In this document: piece after piece, positions 27,365 through 36,399 of the stretch | How positions within the stretch are numbered: position 1 is the first letter of the stretch | Layout: every line of letters starts with the position of its first letter | IMG/VR virus record: IMGVR_UViG_2030936005_000025 | Span: 32,001 to 96,000 of that record | DNA: 64,000 nt | Strand: one strand, 5' to 3' | Origin: a virus | Taxonomy: Duplodnaviria > Caudoviricetes | Translations under genes and position numbers: made by a program | Notes under the pieces: generated by a model | What the model was told of the DNA's origin: nothing | Databases searched by the model: none | The model's input: only the letters and a program-made list of their open reading frames with translations

Positions 27365-27859
27365 TTATTTGTTACCGTCAACATCAGGTTGATAATTCTG
27401 ACGATGGTTCAGGTCAGTTTTACCTACCGGAGAAGATTTAGTTGGTTTCCTGATATCAGCAAAAGCAACATCTGGATGAAGACCAGGATGACCGTTACCT
27501 TTAAGGTTAACGCGACCATCAGGAGAATGTTTCTGATGACGATTACCTTGCTTGGTAATTGACATCTGTTCAGCCCATGATGGGTTAACAACCGGACGCG
27601 GACTAACAACGACGTTCCGTTCTTTCACTGGCAGGCCCAGGGATTTGCTCAGCAGGTCGATCTTGTCCTGCACTTCATCAATCTGAGCACACAGCTCAGC
27701 CCACTGCTGACCAGAACCCTTTACACCTTTCAGTGCTTGGCGTTGTTCGCGCAGAGCTTTGACCTTGGTAATCAAACTAAAGCGTTGCTCTTTGAGCTGG
27801 TCTTTCAAAACGTTCATACGTGGAGCAGGAGTAAATGGTTTCTTAGCGGCTACGTTCAT
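27365..27859 (-). CDS. Basic protein with N-terminal coiled coil (start revised to MNVAAKK)
   Basis: Heptad pattern LKDQLKEQRFSLITKVKALREQ; SD aagga. Confidence 0.65.
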   Translation of the reverse strand: MNVAAKKPFTPAPRMNVLKDQLKEQRFSLITKVKALREQRQALKGVKGSGQQWAELCAQIDEVQDKIDLLSKSLGLPVKERNVVVSPRPVVNPSWAEQMSITKQGNRHQKHSPDGRVNLKGNGHPGLHPDVAFADIRKPTKSSPVGKTDLNHRQNYQPDVDGNK

Positions 27860-27896
27860 ACTGGTCTTTCCTTCTATCAATAAGTGGTTGGGTTAA

Positions 27897-28055
27897 TTAA
27901 ACGAGTGATTCTAAATCTTTGCGCACTACACGGGCTATTTCCATTAGCCTGTCATGTTCTTCTCCTTCAGCTTCTTTGAGTTTCAGCTGCAGAGTACCCA
28001 GACGGTCAGCGAGTTCAATCATAATGGCATTGACTTCTGCTGTTTTACTATCCAT
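27897..28055 (-). CDS. 52-aa helical peptide (below the ORF-track cutoff)
   Basis: Read manually: MDSKTAEVNAIMIELADRLGTLQLKLKEAEGEEHDRLMEIARVVRKDLESLV*; SD aagga; first gene after the promoter motif. Confidence 0.7.
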   Translation of the reverse strand: MDSKTAEVNAIMIELADRLGTLQLKLKEAEGEEHDRLMEIARVVRKDLESLV

Positions 28056-28082
28056 AACAAATCCTTAAATATTTGGTTTACT

Positions 28083-28109
28083 TACACTTTAATAATATCG
28101 AACTAAAAA
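28083..28109 (-). promoter_or_regulatory. Putative phage early-type promoter (GATATTAT-N5-TGTA)
   Basis: - strand tttttagttc-gatattat-taaag-tgta; same motif at 36313 and 45464. Confidence 0.7.
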
Positions 28110-28123
28110 ATAATGTAAGTGAA

Positions 28124-28153
28124 AAGGGACGAGAGCTTTCGCCCCCGTCCTTT
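28124..28153 (-). terminator. GAAA-tetraloop terminator
   Basis: aaggacgggggc-gaaa-gctctcgtccc-ttttc on the - strand. Confidence 0.75.
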
Positions 28154-28157
28154 TTAA

Positions 28158-28865
28158 TTAATGAATTGAGTAATCTTCCTTGGGGAGAACCACATACATC
28201 CCGCTTTCTTCATCCTTAACCAGGTAGTCACCTTTCTCAGGTGCCCAGTAGATTTTGTTGCGGAAGTAGATGAGTTTCTCCAACTCTACTTCATATTCCT
28301 TACCGTTAGCTACAACGAAACATGACTTAACCTTGGGTTGGTCAAAGTCATCAATCTGCCCCAGGAATGTGTACTTGTTGGCTGCGATAAACTCGCCGGC
28401 GACAAATTCATTGCAAAGAGGTTTCAGTGTAACTACGATAACAGGAATGTCAGAACCTTCCAGTTTAAGCTCAAACGTGTACTGTTTCTTGTAGTGAGTG
28501 TCGACCAGGTTTTTCATTTCCTTTTCGATACCGTCTACGAACTCTTTCCACTGTACACTATCAGGAACATGTTCCTCATTGATACTGCTGTTGAGATGCG
28601 GAGCACAGTCCAGGTTATACAGGAAGTCCAGCGCACTATCCAAAGCACAAGTTGGATAGGATTCATAAGGGCGCAGGCAACCTACATCACCAGAAACAAT
28701 TGTACTCGTCATCCCTACCCAGGCGTTGCTTTGTCCCAATGCACGTCGGAAGTCAACCTTGGCTTCACCAGATACATGGACTTGAAGGTTACCGAAAGTA
28801 CTCATGAGCTTCAACAACTCAGCGGAGATATTACGGTTATAGACTTCCGTATCAAAGTCTGACAT
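28158..28865 (-). CDS. Hypothetical protein
   Basis: ORF track; C-terminal PEKGDYLVKD..G.Y motif of a type common in phage proteins. Confidence 0.7.
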   Translation of the reverse strand: MSDFDTEVYNRNISAELLKLMSTFGNLQVHVSGEAKVDFRRALGQSNAWVGMTSTIVSGDVGCLRPYESYPTCALDSALDFLYNLDCAPHLNSSINEEHVPDSVQWKEFVDGIEKEMKNLVDTHYKKQYTFELKLEGSDIPVIVVTLKPLCNEFVAGEFIAANKYTFLGQIDDFDQPKVKSCFVVANGKEYEVELEKLIYFRNKIYWAPEKGDYLVKDEESGMYVVLPKEDYSIH

Positions 28866-28881
28866 GATGACAGCTCCTTTA

Positions 28882-30252
28882 TTAGTTTAGTGTGGAGATC
28901 TCCGCATAGATGTTAATGCGGGACCGGATTTGATCAAGCAGGGAATTGACAATGGTTTCACCCACTTTACCAATCACTGCTTTCTCTTTCTCAAATGCAA
29001 TTGACGCTGCTTTCTTCCACAACGCACTGCTTCGAGAATACTGGCCACCGAATGGAGCAATCGGGAATGATGGTGGAGTATAGCCCCAACCGCCAGGACG
29101 CTGCTCAGTTTCCAATTTCGGTGGTTCTTGTTCAGTCACCAGCTCAGGGAAGAATTCCTTGATGCTGAAAATTTGATCGCCGACCATAATGTCACACTGG
29201 TTGACGCGAACAAATGGAACGGGTTTGGTTGCCGCGAACATACCGTAGTCAATACGACGTTCAACCGTCAACATCCACTCACCTTCATAGTAGCCGGCGT
29301 AATCGGATACAGGTTCATACCCTTTACCGATTTTACCATATCCGTGAGCGACATACGGATGCAAATACTGGTTAGCCGCTTTGAAGGAGAACTGGTTATT
29401 GTTAGGCATGCTGTGCATTGAAATAGTGAAATCATTTCCACCCGATGCACGATCCATGTTGATTGACTTCACGCCGGTAATAGACGCGCCAGTGATATCA
29501 GTATCAGTAATCGTTACAGAGTACTGAGCATGCAGGTAAACGCCGTAAAGATGAGTGTCATCAATCGTTGAGTACTGATGAGAACCGCAGATTGTTGAGA
29601 ACTCGATACTTGAGTCAATCAGGGTCAACATTCCGTCACCGGTTACAGAGGCATTTTTCAGAGAGACATCACCCGCTACAACCAGAGATTTAGCAGAGAG
29701 CTCACTCGCCACAATAACCAGTTTTGGAGCTTGTTTGACGTGTGGAGTTTCTTCCCAACCTAAGTCCGCATTCATGCGCTGAGAAATGGTAAGCTTGGAG
29801 CCATTAGTGATGTAAATGTCAACACCAGCAATGTGGTAATGTTTAAACTTAACATCTTTGGAAAGAAGCTCGGCATGCGGGTTGGCATGATAAGACTGGT
29901 TGGTGTATCTTTTATGGTAAGAACGACCAACAAGAATATTCTCTTTACTAAACTTACTCCAGGTTGCCAGTCCCAGTTTACTCACTTCCTCAGGAGTGAC
30001 GTCACGACCTGTGAAAGTTTTACCTGCCACCTCGACGATACCGTCAGCCAAAAGTTCTGTGCGATAAGGACGAGAAACAGAATAGTCTCCTGCTGGCTTC
30101 AGGAATGGGATACCTTGGTTGTCCATGTCAAACGAAGCAGCTGGTAGTTCTTCTCCAACTTCTTCTTGAGCAGCGACTACTGAATCGAGAACTTTCTCGA
30201 CAACTTCAACCGGCTTTAATTCAACAGTGGTTTCTTTTGATTTCTTGGTCAT
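28882..30252 (-). CDS. Hypothetical 456-aa protein with a central beta-solenoid-like stretch
   Basis: ORF track; periodic S/T/I/V/D strands (SLKNASVTGDGMLTLIDSSIEFSTI...ITDTDITGASITG). Confidence 0.7.
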   Translation of the reverse strand: MTKKSKETTVELKPVEVVEKVLDSVVAAQEEVGEELPAASFDMDNQGIPFLKPAGDYSVSRPYRTELLADGIVEVAGKTFTGRDVTPEEVSKLGLATWSKFSKENILVGRSYHKRYTNQSYHANPHAELLSKDVKFKHYHIAGVDIYITNGSKLTISQRMNADLGWEETPHVKQAPKLVIVASELSAKSLVVAGDVSLKNASVTGDGMLTLIDSSIEFSTICGSHQYSTIDDTHLYGVYLHAQYSVTITDTDITGASITGVKSINMDRASGGNDFTISMHSMPNNNQFSFKAANQYLHPYVAHGYGKIGKGYEPVSDYAGYYEGEWMLTVERRIDYGMFAATKPVPFVRVNQCDIMVGDQIFSIKEFFPELVTEQEPPKLETEQRPGGWGYTPPSFPIAPFGGQYSRSSALWKKAASIAFEKEKAVIGKVGETIVNSLLDQIRSRINIYAEISTLN

Positions 30253-30311
30253 GATTATACCTTTTTAAGAAGGTGAATTTTAGTCCACCTTATGGAGAGG
30301 GTTGTTATTTA

Positions 30312-30764
30312 TTATTCTACGATTGAGTTCTTACGCAGCAATTCTTCTGTGTCATGCACCAATTCAGCCTGATACATATTCATGGCGTAATTGATGACCT
30401 GAATCAGACGAGGGTCAAACACAACGTCATTACCCTGTCTAACGGTGCGTTGGAATCCGCAGTTACTCAGGATGAACTCTTTGTGTGACATATCAATCGA
30501 AGACGGCATCCACAAATCTTTCTTTGCAGATTCGATGGTGTCCGATTCACTGCTCGTCATGGTGGCTGTTTTCTTCAGCTTCACCATACGGTCGTGAGTG
30601 TCTTTGAGTGGAGAGCTTCCGATTTCTGGTTTACCGTAAACCTTTACCGGTGGTTCTACCTCTGCTTTAATATGAGAGAACCCGTGCTTACGAGAAATCT
30701 TGTTGTGAGTTTTCTCTTTAACAGAGAAGAACCACTTGATGCCTTCCCAAATAGATCTGAACAT
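30312..30764 (-). CDS. Hypothetical protein
   Basis: ORF track; SD gaggt. Confidence 0.65.
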   Translation of the reverse strand: MFRSIWEGIKWFFSVKEKTHNKISRKHGFSHIKAEVEPPVKVYGKPEIGSSPLKDTHDRMVKLKKTATMTSSESDTIESAKKDLWMPSSIDMSHKEFILSNCGFQRTVRQGNDVVFDPRLIQVINYAMNMYQAELVHDTEELLRKNSIVE

Positions 30765-31057
30765 TAGTTATACCTCACGTTCCATGAACCTAAAAACAAA
30801 CCGTTTTTACACATCACTCCTTGAACGTCTTTACCTCGTTCATTCTTACCTTTGAAGTGATACCCATACTGCTTATCAGGACAACCCCAGAAAGCCAGTG
30901 TAGAGATTTCCGCTGACTCGATGCCGTTAGATTCCAGGACACGTTTCTCTTCATCGCCAGGATTCCACACACTGAGGACACAGAAAGCCGCAATCAACCC
31001 GAAGAACAACCAGACGATGATTTTGGCTTGTAAAGAGATAGGACGACCTTTTGACAT
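30764..31057 (-). CDS. Small N-terminally membrane-anchored protein with a Cys pair
   Basis: TM IIVWLFFGLIAAFCVLSV; FWGC...G.DVQGVMC..GLF pattern typical of small phage membrane proteins. Confidence 0.7.
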   Translation of the reverse strand: MSKGRPISLQAKIIVWLFFGLIAAFCVLSVWNPGDEEKRVLESNGIESAEISTLAFWGCPDKQYGYHFKGKNERGKDVQGVMCKNGLFLGSWNVRYN

Positions 31058-31066
31058 GATGACCTC

Positions 31067-31444
31067 TTACAGTGAGTCAGTTGCTTTACCGGCACGTAAC
31101 ATATAGACCGTACCTTTGTGATGTTTGCTATTCTCAGTTACGAAACAAAGAACGAAGTATTCATCATGCTGCCAAAACCAGAAGTAGCCATCACCTTTGG
31201 TATCCTTGGTAGGATCAAGTCTCTTAGCAGCTTTGTCACCGATTAAGAAAGTATCAGGTTTGGTATCCAATACTTCTTTGCTGAGAACACGATCTAACTC
31301 GGATGGTTGATTTGGATCAATCTTTATTTTATCCGCGCCGGTATAAATGAAAACCTTACCTTCGCGGACATAAAAGATTCCTTTCTTGTCCTTTAACAAC
31401 TTCAAATTAAAGAAATCCATTTCTTCTAATTGATGTACAGCCAT
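31067..31444 (-). CDS. Hypothetical protein, paralog family B
   Basis: FYVREGKVFIY is similar to the next ORF. Confidence 0.7.
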   Translation of the reverse strand: MAVHQLEEMDFFNLKLLKDKKGIFYVREGKVFIYTGADKIKIDPNQPSELDRVLSKEVLDTKPDTFLIGDKAAKRLDPTKDTKGDGYFWFWQHDEYFVLCFVTENSKHHKGTVYMLRAGKATDSL

Positions 31445-31451
31445 AATGACC

Positions 31452-31790
31452 TTAGTTGATTGTTGGACGAGGTGCGATACGCAATACGACCAGAGGGTTA
31501 GAACGAATGGCAGGATTCATGATACCGAGAATCCAACCCTGTGCGTTTTGGTTGAAGTAGATCTGACCTTCGTAGGTAAAGTCTTTAGAGAAATCCAGAC
31601 TCGCTGTCTTCACATTCTCAGAAAGGTCTTCATCCTGCCACTGATCTTCTTTACGAAGAGGGACAACTTCATAACGCTTTTCAGCGATATAGATGAAACA
31701 TTTACCTTTACGAACATAAACCTTTGCAGGTTCTCTGTTCAATGCCTGACACTGATACATGTCAAGCGATTTCAATTCAACACGATCCAT
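31452..31790 (-). CDS. Hypothetical protein, paralog family B
   Basis: VYVRKGKCFIY. Confidence 0.7.
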   Translation of the reverse strand: MDRVELKSLDMYQCQALNREPAKVYVRKGKCFIYIAEKRYEVVPLRKEDQWQDEDLSENVKTASLDFSKDFTYEGQIYFNQNAQGWILGIMNPAIRSNPLVVLRIAPRPTIN

Positions 31791-32083
31791 TAACGCACTC
31801 CCTTACGTTTAGCAACAGGATACTGGTTACCTGCTTTACCTGTCACCACTTTCTTGTGACCACGGCCATTGGTAGAAATATCATGACCTAAGTCAGCTGA
31901 CTTAGGATCCTCTTTAGCAGGATTAAGAACTGATTCAACGGCATTGCACAGTAAATGTGTCTGGACATCTTTGAACGCACTCTCAGGAGGGATAGATCCC
32001 TGCTCACCTTTGATCAATTTGTTTCTTTCCAGCTGTTCGGGTAACAGGAGAGAATCTACTAAAGTTTTCTTTTCTTGAGACAT
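31790..32083 (-). CDS. Hypothetical protein with basic C-terminal motif
   Basis: Ends ISTNGRGHKKVVTGKAGNQYPVAKRKGVR*; SD aggag. Confidence 0.7.
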   Translation of the reverse strand: MSQEKKTLVDSLLLPEQLERNKLIKGEQGSIPPESAFKDVQTHLLCNAVESVLNPAKEDPKSADLGHDISTNGRGHKKVVTGKAGNQYPVAKRKGVR

Positions 32084-32098
32084 AACAAACTCCTATAA

Positions 32099-32126
32099 GC
32101 GTATCTAGGGATATCCCTAGATACGC
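32099..32126. repeat. Perfect 28-bp palindrome
   Basis: gcgtatctagggat|atccctagatacgc, intergenic. Confidence 0.85.
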
Positions 32127-32135
32127 CCTGTAGTA

Positions 32136-32276
32136 TTATTTCTTTTTGTCTTTGGCTTTGTCAGCATCGTTATATTCTTTACCGACAGATTGAGGAACCC
32201 CAACCTTTTTAGCAAACTCTGGTGAGTGTGCTACAGCCGCCATAAACTTCTTTTGTTTCTCAGATACACTGGGCAT
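32136..32276 (-). CDS. 46-aa basic peptide (below the ORF-track cutoff)
   Basis: Read manually: MPSVSEKQKKFMAAVAHSPEFAKKVGVPQSVGKEYNDADKAKDKKK*; SD ggag. Confidence 0.8.
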   Translation of the reverse strand: MPSVSEKQKKFMAAVAHSPEFAKKVGVPQSVGKEYNDADKAKDKKK

Positions 32277-32307
32277 GACATTCTCCAACGTTAAGTCAAA
32301 GAATTAA

Positions 32308-32676
32308 TTATGCTTTCAGTAGTTCACCAATCCAGGCTTCCATCATGTTGTTCATAGGACGCGACACTGTTTCAGCACAGTGATGAACAATTGGAATATG
32401 ACGGTAAGGTCCAGAGCCAGAGCCTGTACGAAGATACTTAAAAACATCGACCAACTTACCAGTCTGTGGGTTCCAGTGCCAACCAAAGCGAGAGAGAAGT
32501 TTCTTCTGGTTGCGTTTGGAAAGAGATTTAATTTTACCTTTATTTACTTCGGCGTGTTTTAGAAGTTGGGTGATCTTCTCACTATGTGAACTTTTTGAAC
32601 GAAGTACTTTGAGCAGGTATTGAGTATCAGCTGGAACTTCTTTACCAACCTCAACACCATTAGAGATATTGGTCAT
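32308..32676 (-). CDS. Hypothetical basic protein
   Basis: ORF track. Confidence 0.65.
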   Translation of the reverse strand: MTNISNGVEVGKEVPADTQYLLKVLRSKSSHSEKITQLLKHAEVNKGKIKSLSKRNQKKLLSRFGWHWNPQTGKLVDVFKYLRTGSGSGPYRHIPIVHHCAETVSRPMNNMMEAWIGELLKA

Positions 32677-32688
32677 AAATACTCTTCT

Positions 32689-33048
32689 TTATTTATATTT
32701 GTGATAGTGGACCAGAAGCGGCTTACCTTCTATCAGTTTAGCGGATTCTGAGAGATATTCATAAGGGGTAATATACAACCAGCACTCACCACCAATCTGC
32801 CAAGCCAGGAAACGACCGTCAATAATCGTATCTTTATCAAGGCTGATTAGATCGTGATCAATAAACATGTTGCTTTCAGTGTCATTACAAGAGGGTGCCG
32901 CGGCAGGGTATTCACCAACAATGCCTCGCCACTGTCCGTCCATGGTAAATGGAATCAACTCACCTTTATGAATGATAACCGAACCCAACTGACCGTTCAT
33001 CATTTTGTACTGACCAGCAGTAAGTTTAGGAAGACCTTTAACTGACAT
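32689..33048 (-). CDS. Hypothetical protein, possible distant family B paralog
   Basis: VIIHKGELIPF and GRFLAWQ..ECWLYI align loosely with 31067-31790. Confidence 0.65.
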   Translation of the reverse strand: MSVKGLPKLTAGQYKMMNGQLGSVIIHKGELIPFTMDGQWRGIVGEYPAAAPSCNDTESNMFIDHDLISLDKDTIIDGRFLAWQIGGECWLYITPYEYLSESAKLIEGKPLLVHYHKYK

Positions 33049-33053
33049 TTATT

Positions 33054-33269
33054 TTACCACCATTTGCGATCATCGCCACCGAAGAGATAACGGCGAACAG
33101 TGTTTGGAATAAAGAAATGTAACGTGCTGAATAACGAAATGGCCAACAACACGCTACAGATGACAATAGCAGGGTTTTTATCCAGCTCCTGATTGTATCC
33201 CATATAAGAGATGAAACCGGTGATCACCCAACACAACACCATAATGATAAACTCTAGGAATCTTTCCAT
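33054..33269 (-). CDS. Small membrane protein with two TM segments
   Basis: Two hydrophobic stretches. Confidence 0.7.
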   Translation of the reverse strand: MERFLEFIIMVLCWVITGFISYMGYNQELDKNPAIVICSVLLAISLFSTLHFFIPNTVRRYLFGGDDRKWW

Positions 33270-33577
33270 TAACGATGTCCTTTACGTGTTTTAGATACTG
33301 GCCAGGAGTGACGTTTACCTTTAACGATTTCCTGACGACTGTTACCTTTAACAGTGATCGGATTGTCTTTCGGTTCTTCCTTAATGATGTAATCGTATTC
33401 GAGCATTGCCTGGGTACCTTTAACAACCTGAAACCCAGCTGCTTCCAGTTCGTGAAGCCAGGAAGGTTCCATGGGATTACCGCCATGAACAATAACCTTT
33501 CTTGGTTCAGAATTAACGAAGTTATTACGACCCGTTATTTGGATCGCACCAATGTTCTTTGACGTTCTTCCTTCCAT
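33269..33577 (-). CDS. Hypothetical protein with basic C-terminal motif
   Basis: Ends ITVKGNSRQEIVKGKRHSWPVSKTRKGHR*. Confidence 0.7.
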   Translation of the reverse strand: MEGRTSKNIGAIQITGRNNFVNSEPRKVIVHGGNPMEPSWLHELEAAGFQVVKGTQAMLEYDYIIKEEPKDNPITVKGNSRQEIVKGKRHSWPVSKTRKGHR

Positions 33578-33759
33578 TATCGCTTACCTCGACGTTTGGG
33601 TTCAGGCCAGGAGTGTTTACCGCCGACAATACGTTTCTGACGGGAATTACCTGCTACCGTTTCCGGTTCATAATTCCGGTACTGTTTCATATTGGCTGTT
33701 GATGCTGCAACAAGTGAGAGTACTTTGATCAACTCACCCGTTATAAAGTTCTTTGACAT
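33577..33759 (-). CDS. 60-aa protein with the same basic C-terminal motif
   Basis: Ends ETVAGNSRQKRIVGGKHSWPEPKRRGKR*; SD aagga. Confidence 0.7.
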   Translation of the reverse strand: MSKNFITGELIKVLSLVAASTANMKQYRNYEPETVAGNSRQKRIVGGKHSWPEPKRRGKR

Positions 33760-33770
33760 ACATATCCTTA

Positions 33771-33796
33771 ATAGAGGGGGAGCAATCCCCCTCTAT
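33771..33796. terminator. 11-bp-stem hairpin
   Basis: atagaggggga-gcaa-tccccctctat. Confidence 0.7.
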
Positions 33797-33799
33797 TTA

Positions 33800-34393
33800 T
33801 TAGGAGAGCAGTAGCGAAGGTTTAAGTCTTTCAATAAAACGAAGACTGGTTGTAATCTCACCTTTCTCAACCAACTCACGAGCCACTTGACACAGTGAAC
33901 GTTCGGTAGTGAAAACAAGGCGGTTGCAATGACTGTCGTCAACATGGGAGAACGTATCAACAAAGTTGTCGATCTCTTCTGAATATTCAACGGTATTACG
34001 AAATGCGAACAAAGGTTCTGCTGTGATTTTCAGGTTATAATGATATACGGCCTGATAAAGGAAAACACGAACCTGATGCTGGTAGATCTTATCCGCAGAC
34101 TTGGTGTCGAAGATAAGTTCAATCCAGTTGCCACCGTTGCCCTTTAGTGTCGCTGTTAGCTCGTCAGCATACATATCCAAAGTGTAACCACGGTTGGCCA
34201 TAACCTTGGCTGCACCTTTCAGCTTGATGCGCTGAATGATATCTTCATGAATACTTGGGTATGCTTTCAATGCAGCACGCACAGGACAACCACTCAGACG
34301 GTCCATCTGAACTAAGCTCAGACCAGCCTGGATGTTTGATTTGTGGTGATGCATTTCACGAGCCAGCGTATTAGAAGGGTCTAAATTTAACAT
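33800..34393 (-). CDS. Hypothetical protein
   Basis: ORF track; SD aagga. Confidence 0.7.
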   Translation of the reverse strand: MLNLDPSNTLAREMHHHKSNIQAGLSLVQMDRLSGCPVRAALKAYPSIHEDIIQRIKLKGAAKVMANRGYTLDMYADELTATLKGNGGNWIELIFDTKSADKIYQHQVRVFLYQAVYHYNLKITAEPLFAFRNTVEYSEEIDNFVDTFSHVDDSHCNRLVFTTERSLCQVARELVEKGEITTSLRFIERLKPSLLLS

Positions 34394-34457
34394 GGGGGTA
34401 AATCCTTAAGCAAAGTAAAGTAAAAGTGTTATAGTCTTACATCGCTTCCGTATTAAG

Positions 34458-35408
34458 TTAATCCTTTTTATATCCCGACCTTCTTATGGTGAAGGCTTTC
34501 TTACCGAAAAGTAAGTTGGTATATTCTAAAGGAGAAAGAATAAAATCAGATAAAGTACACCAGTCGTTATTATCGACCTTGTTTTTGAGCGGTGCTCTGC
34601 CGCCGTTAATGAACCTTGACATTACATTTGTTTTTACATTATCTTTTAAATACGGATTGCCCGTATTAAAGACAACTGGATTCTCACGCAGCATAGCCGC
34701 ATAGAGATCTTCATTGGCAAGAAAAAGTCTCAGATGATAGGGAAATGCTGGGACGTATTTTAACTCATCAATTCCCACATCTTCGAACAACTTAATGAGT
34801 CGTTGAGATTCCTTTTCTTTGTGGATCAACGTCTTATTGAATCTAGCTAACTGGTAGATAGAGAACATGATTTCATCGTTGGATAAAACAGAACTGTTCG
34901 GATCCAACCAGAAGGCAGGATGATTCACATACTGTTGAATGTCCTCTACCGCCCCGTAGTACTTAACTGTAGGGTCTTTATGTTTAACGATCTTTGCTTG
35001 AGCAACAAAGATAGTCGGAACAGCAAGCTTGTCCTTCTTATCCTTATACGCGTAAAGACTTACTGGAACAGCAGTGTGACCTGCGGGGACTTCATCAGGA
35101 TAAAGGAAGCCGTATTCCTCACCGCACCACATCGGGTAATCTTTACCGAAGTAATCGATATCCCGTGCAATACGCCAACCACCCGTCATGGTTTCAACTT
35201 TACTTTCACCAGTTCCAGACAAACGAACATAAACGACATTCGCATCTTCAATAATACCACTACGAAGACACCAACCACCGCCGTTAGGCATGGCGTCGTG
35301 AATCTCGCCACTGTCATCAGTAATGAAGTACGGGTTCTTGAAACGTTGCCCATTGAAGGGAACAGTCATCCCAAATACAAATGGGTTATGGTTAAAATGC
35401 TTTTTCAT
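34458..35408 (-). CDS. Hypothetical protein
   Basis: ORF track; SD aagga; 4-nt overlap. Confidence 0.7.
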   Translation of the reverse strand: MKKHFNHNPFVFGMTVPFNGQRFKNPYFITDDSGEIHDAMPNGGGWCLRSGIIEDANVVYVRLSGTGESKVETMTGGWRIARDIDYFGKDYPMWCGEEYGFLYPDEVPAGHTAVPVSLYAYKDKKDKLAVPTIFVAQAKIVKHKDPTVKYYGAVEDIQQYVNHPAFWLDPNSSVLSNDEIMFSIYQLARFNKTLIHKEKESQRLIKLFEDVGIDELKYVPAFPYHLRLFLANEDLYAAMLRENPVVFNTGNPYLKDNVKTNVMSRFINGGRAPLKNKVDNNDWCTLSDFILSPLEYTNLLFGKKAFTIRRSGYKKD

Positions 35409-35878
35409 TTTTTATCCTTAGGAAGTTCCTGACCATAAAAGGTACATGTTTTACCATCGATGATCTTGGTTTCCCGATACCGATACCCAACTTTCGAGTC
35501 AGATAGTTTCAAGAGAACACTCACGGGGTTGAAGTCTTTAGGATCTGCAGACTTACCATATGTTAACCCAACCTCAGTAATTGATGCATCATCAAGAGGT
35601 TGAAGAGGAGCGTTTTCTAGAAAACGCTTGGCCATTGCTTTAGCTCGAGCAGTGTCATAGGGTTGATGAGAAGTAAATTCAATGCGCCCAGAAGAAGTTA
35701 TATTCAGTAATAAGGATGAACGGAAGGCGTCTTTCTGTTCTTGGGTCATGAAATGTTCAAAATCAAAACCAACAAGATGACCATCGTCATTGTAGATATG
35801 ATACAGCTGAAATAATTTTAAAAGATGAGGTGCTTGTTCGACATCTTCTTTACTTGGAGTAAAGTACTCTACGGTCAT
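35405..35878 (-). CDS. Hypothetical protein
   Basis: ORF track; SD aggag. Confidence 0.7.
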   Translation of the reverse strand: MTVEYFTPSKEDVEQAPHLLKLFQLYHIYNDDGHLVGFDFEHFMTQEQKDAFRSSLLLNITSSGRIEFTSHQPYDTARAKAMAKRFLENAPLQPLDDASITEVGLTYGKSADPKDFNPVSVLLKLSDSKVGYRYRETKIIDGKTCTFYGQELPKDKK

Positions 35879-35913
35879 GATAACTCCTAAGGGAATCCCT
35901 TCCCTCTTTTAAA

Positions 35914-36270
35914 TTAAGCGGATGGACGAGTCTTACCACTATTAGTCAAAGTGTGATTGTGGTTCAGGGAACGAACACGAGAAGATTCGATATCTTCCAT
36001 TTGTACCTGAACATCACAACGACCTTTACCGGTGTGAGACATCGTGATGGTATAACGAACGTCAAGACGTTCTGCAGCGACGAGAACAGCATCGAAGCTA
36101 ATTCCCTTAGTAATGTTATTACGGAGCTTAGAGATGATCCCAGGTGACATACGGATACTCTCTGCCAATTCACGGCCTGTAGTTCTCTGCAGGCGGAGAC
36201 CGACCAGATAGCTCATACGAGAGATCAACATTTTCTTTGCTTTGATAACTGTTTCATTACTATAACGCAT
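35914..36270 (-). CDS. XRE/Cro-like helix-turn-helix protein (start revised to MRYSNE)
   Basis: TGRELAESIRMSPGIISKLRN HTH pattern; SD gaggt before ATG 36270; promoter motif at 36313-36329. Confidence 0.7.
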   Translation of the reverse strand: MRYSNETVIKAKKMLISRMSYLVGLRLQRTTGRELAESIRMSPGIISKLRNNITKGISFDAVLVAAERLDVRYTITMSHTGKGRCDVQVQMEDIESSRVRSLNHNHTLTNSGKTRPSA

Positions 36271-36312
36271 GATGAATACCTCTAAATAGAATGGATTAAA
36301 TATCTGTGATTG

Positions 36313-36329
36313 TACACTCTGATAATATC
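36313..36329 (-). promoter_or_regulatory. Putative phage early-type promoter (GATATTAT-N5-TGTA)
   Basis: - strand gatattat-cagag-tgta, 43 nt upstream of the HTH gene ATG. Confidence 0.65.
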
Positions 36330-36367
36330 TGTCTGTATCCTTATGGGTTAAAGAAAACAACGATAAA

Positions 36368-36394
36368 CTGAATACCCTCATCGAGGGTATTCAG
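36368..36394. terminator. 12-bp-stem hairpin
   Basis: ctgaataccctc-atc-gagggtattcag followed on the - strand by tttatcgttgttttc. Confidence 0.75.
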
Positions 36395-36399
36395 AATGT

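Noticed and set aside
36271-36381. N-terminal 37-aa extension of the HTH ORF in the track
   Set aside because: It spans a terminator hairpin edge and the promoter motif; a strong SD precedes the internal ATG at 36270
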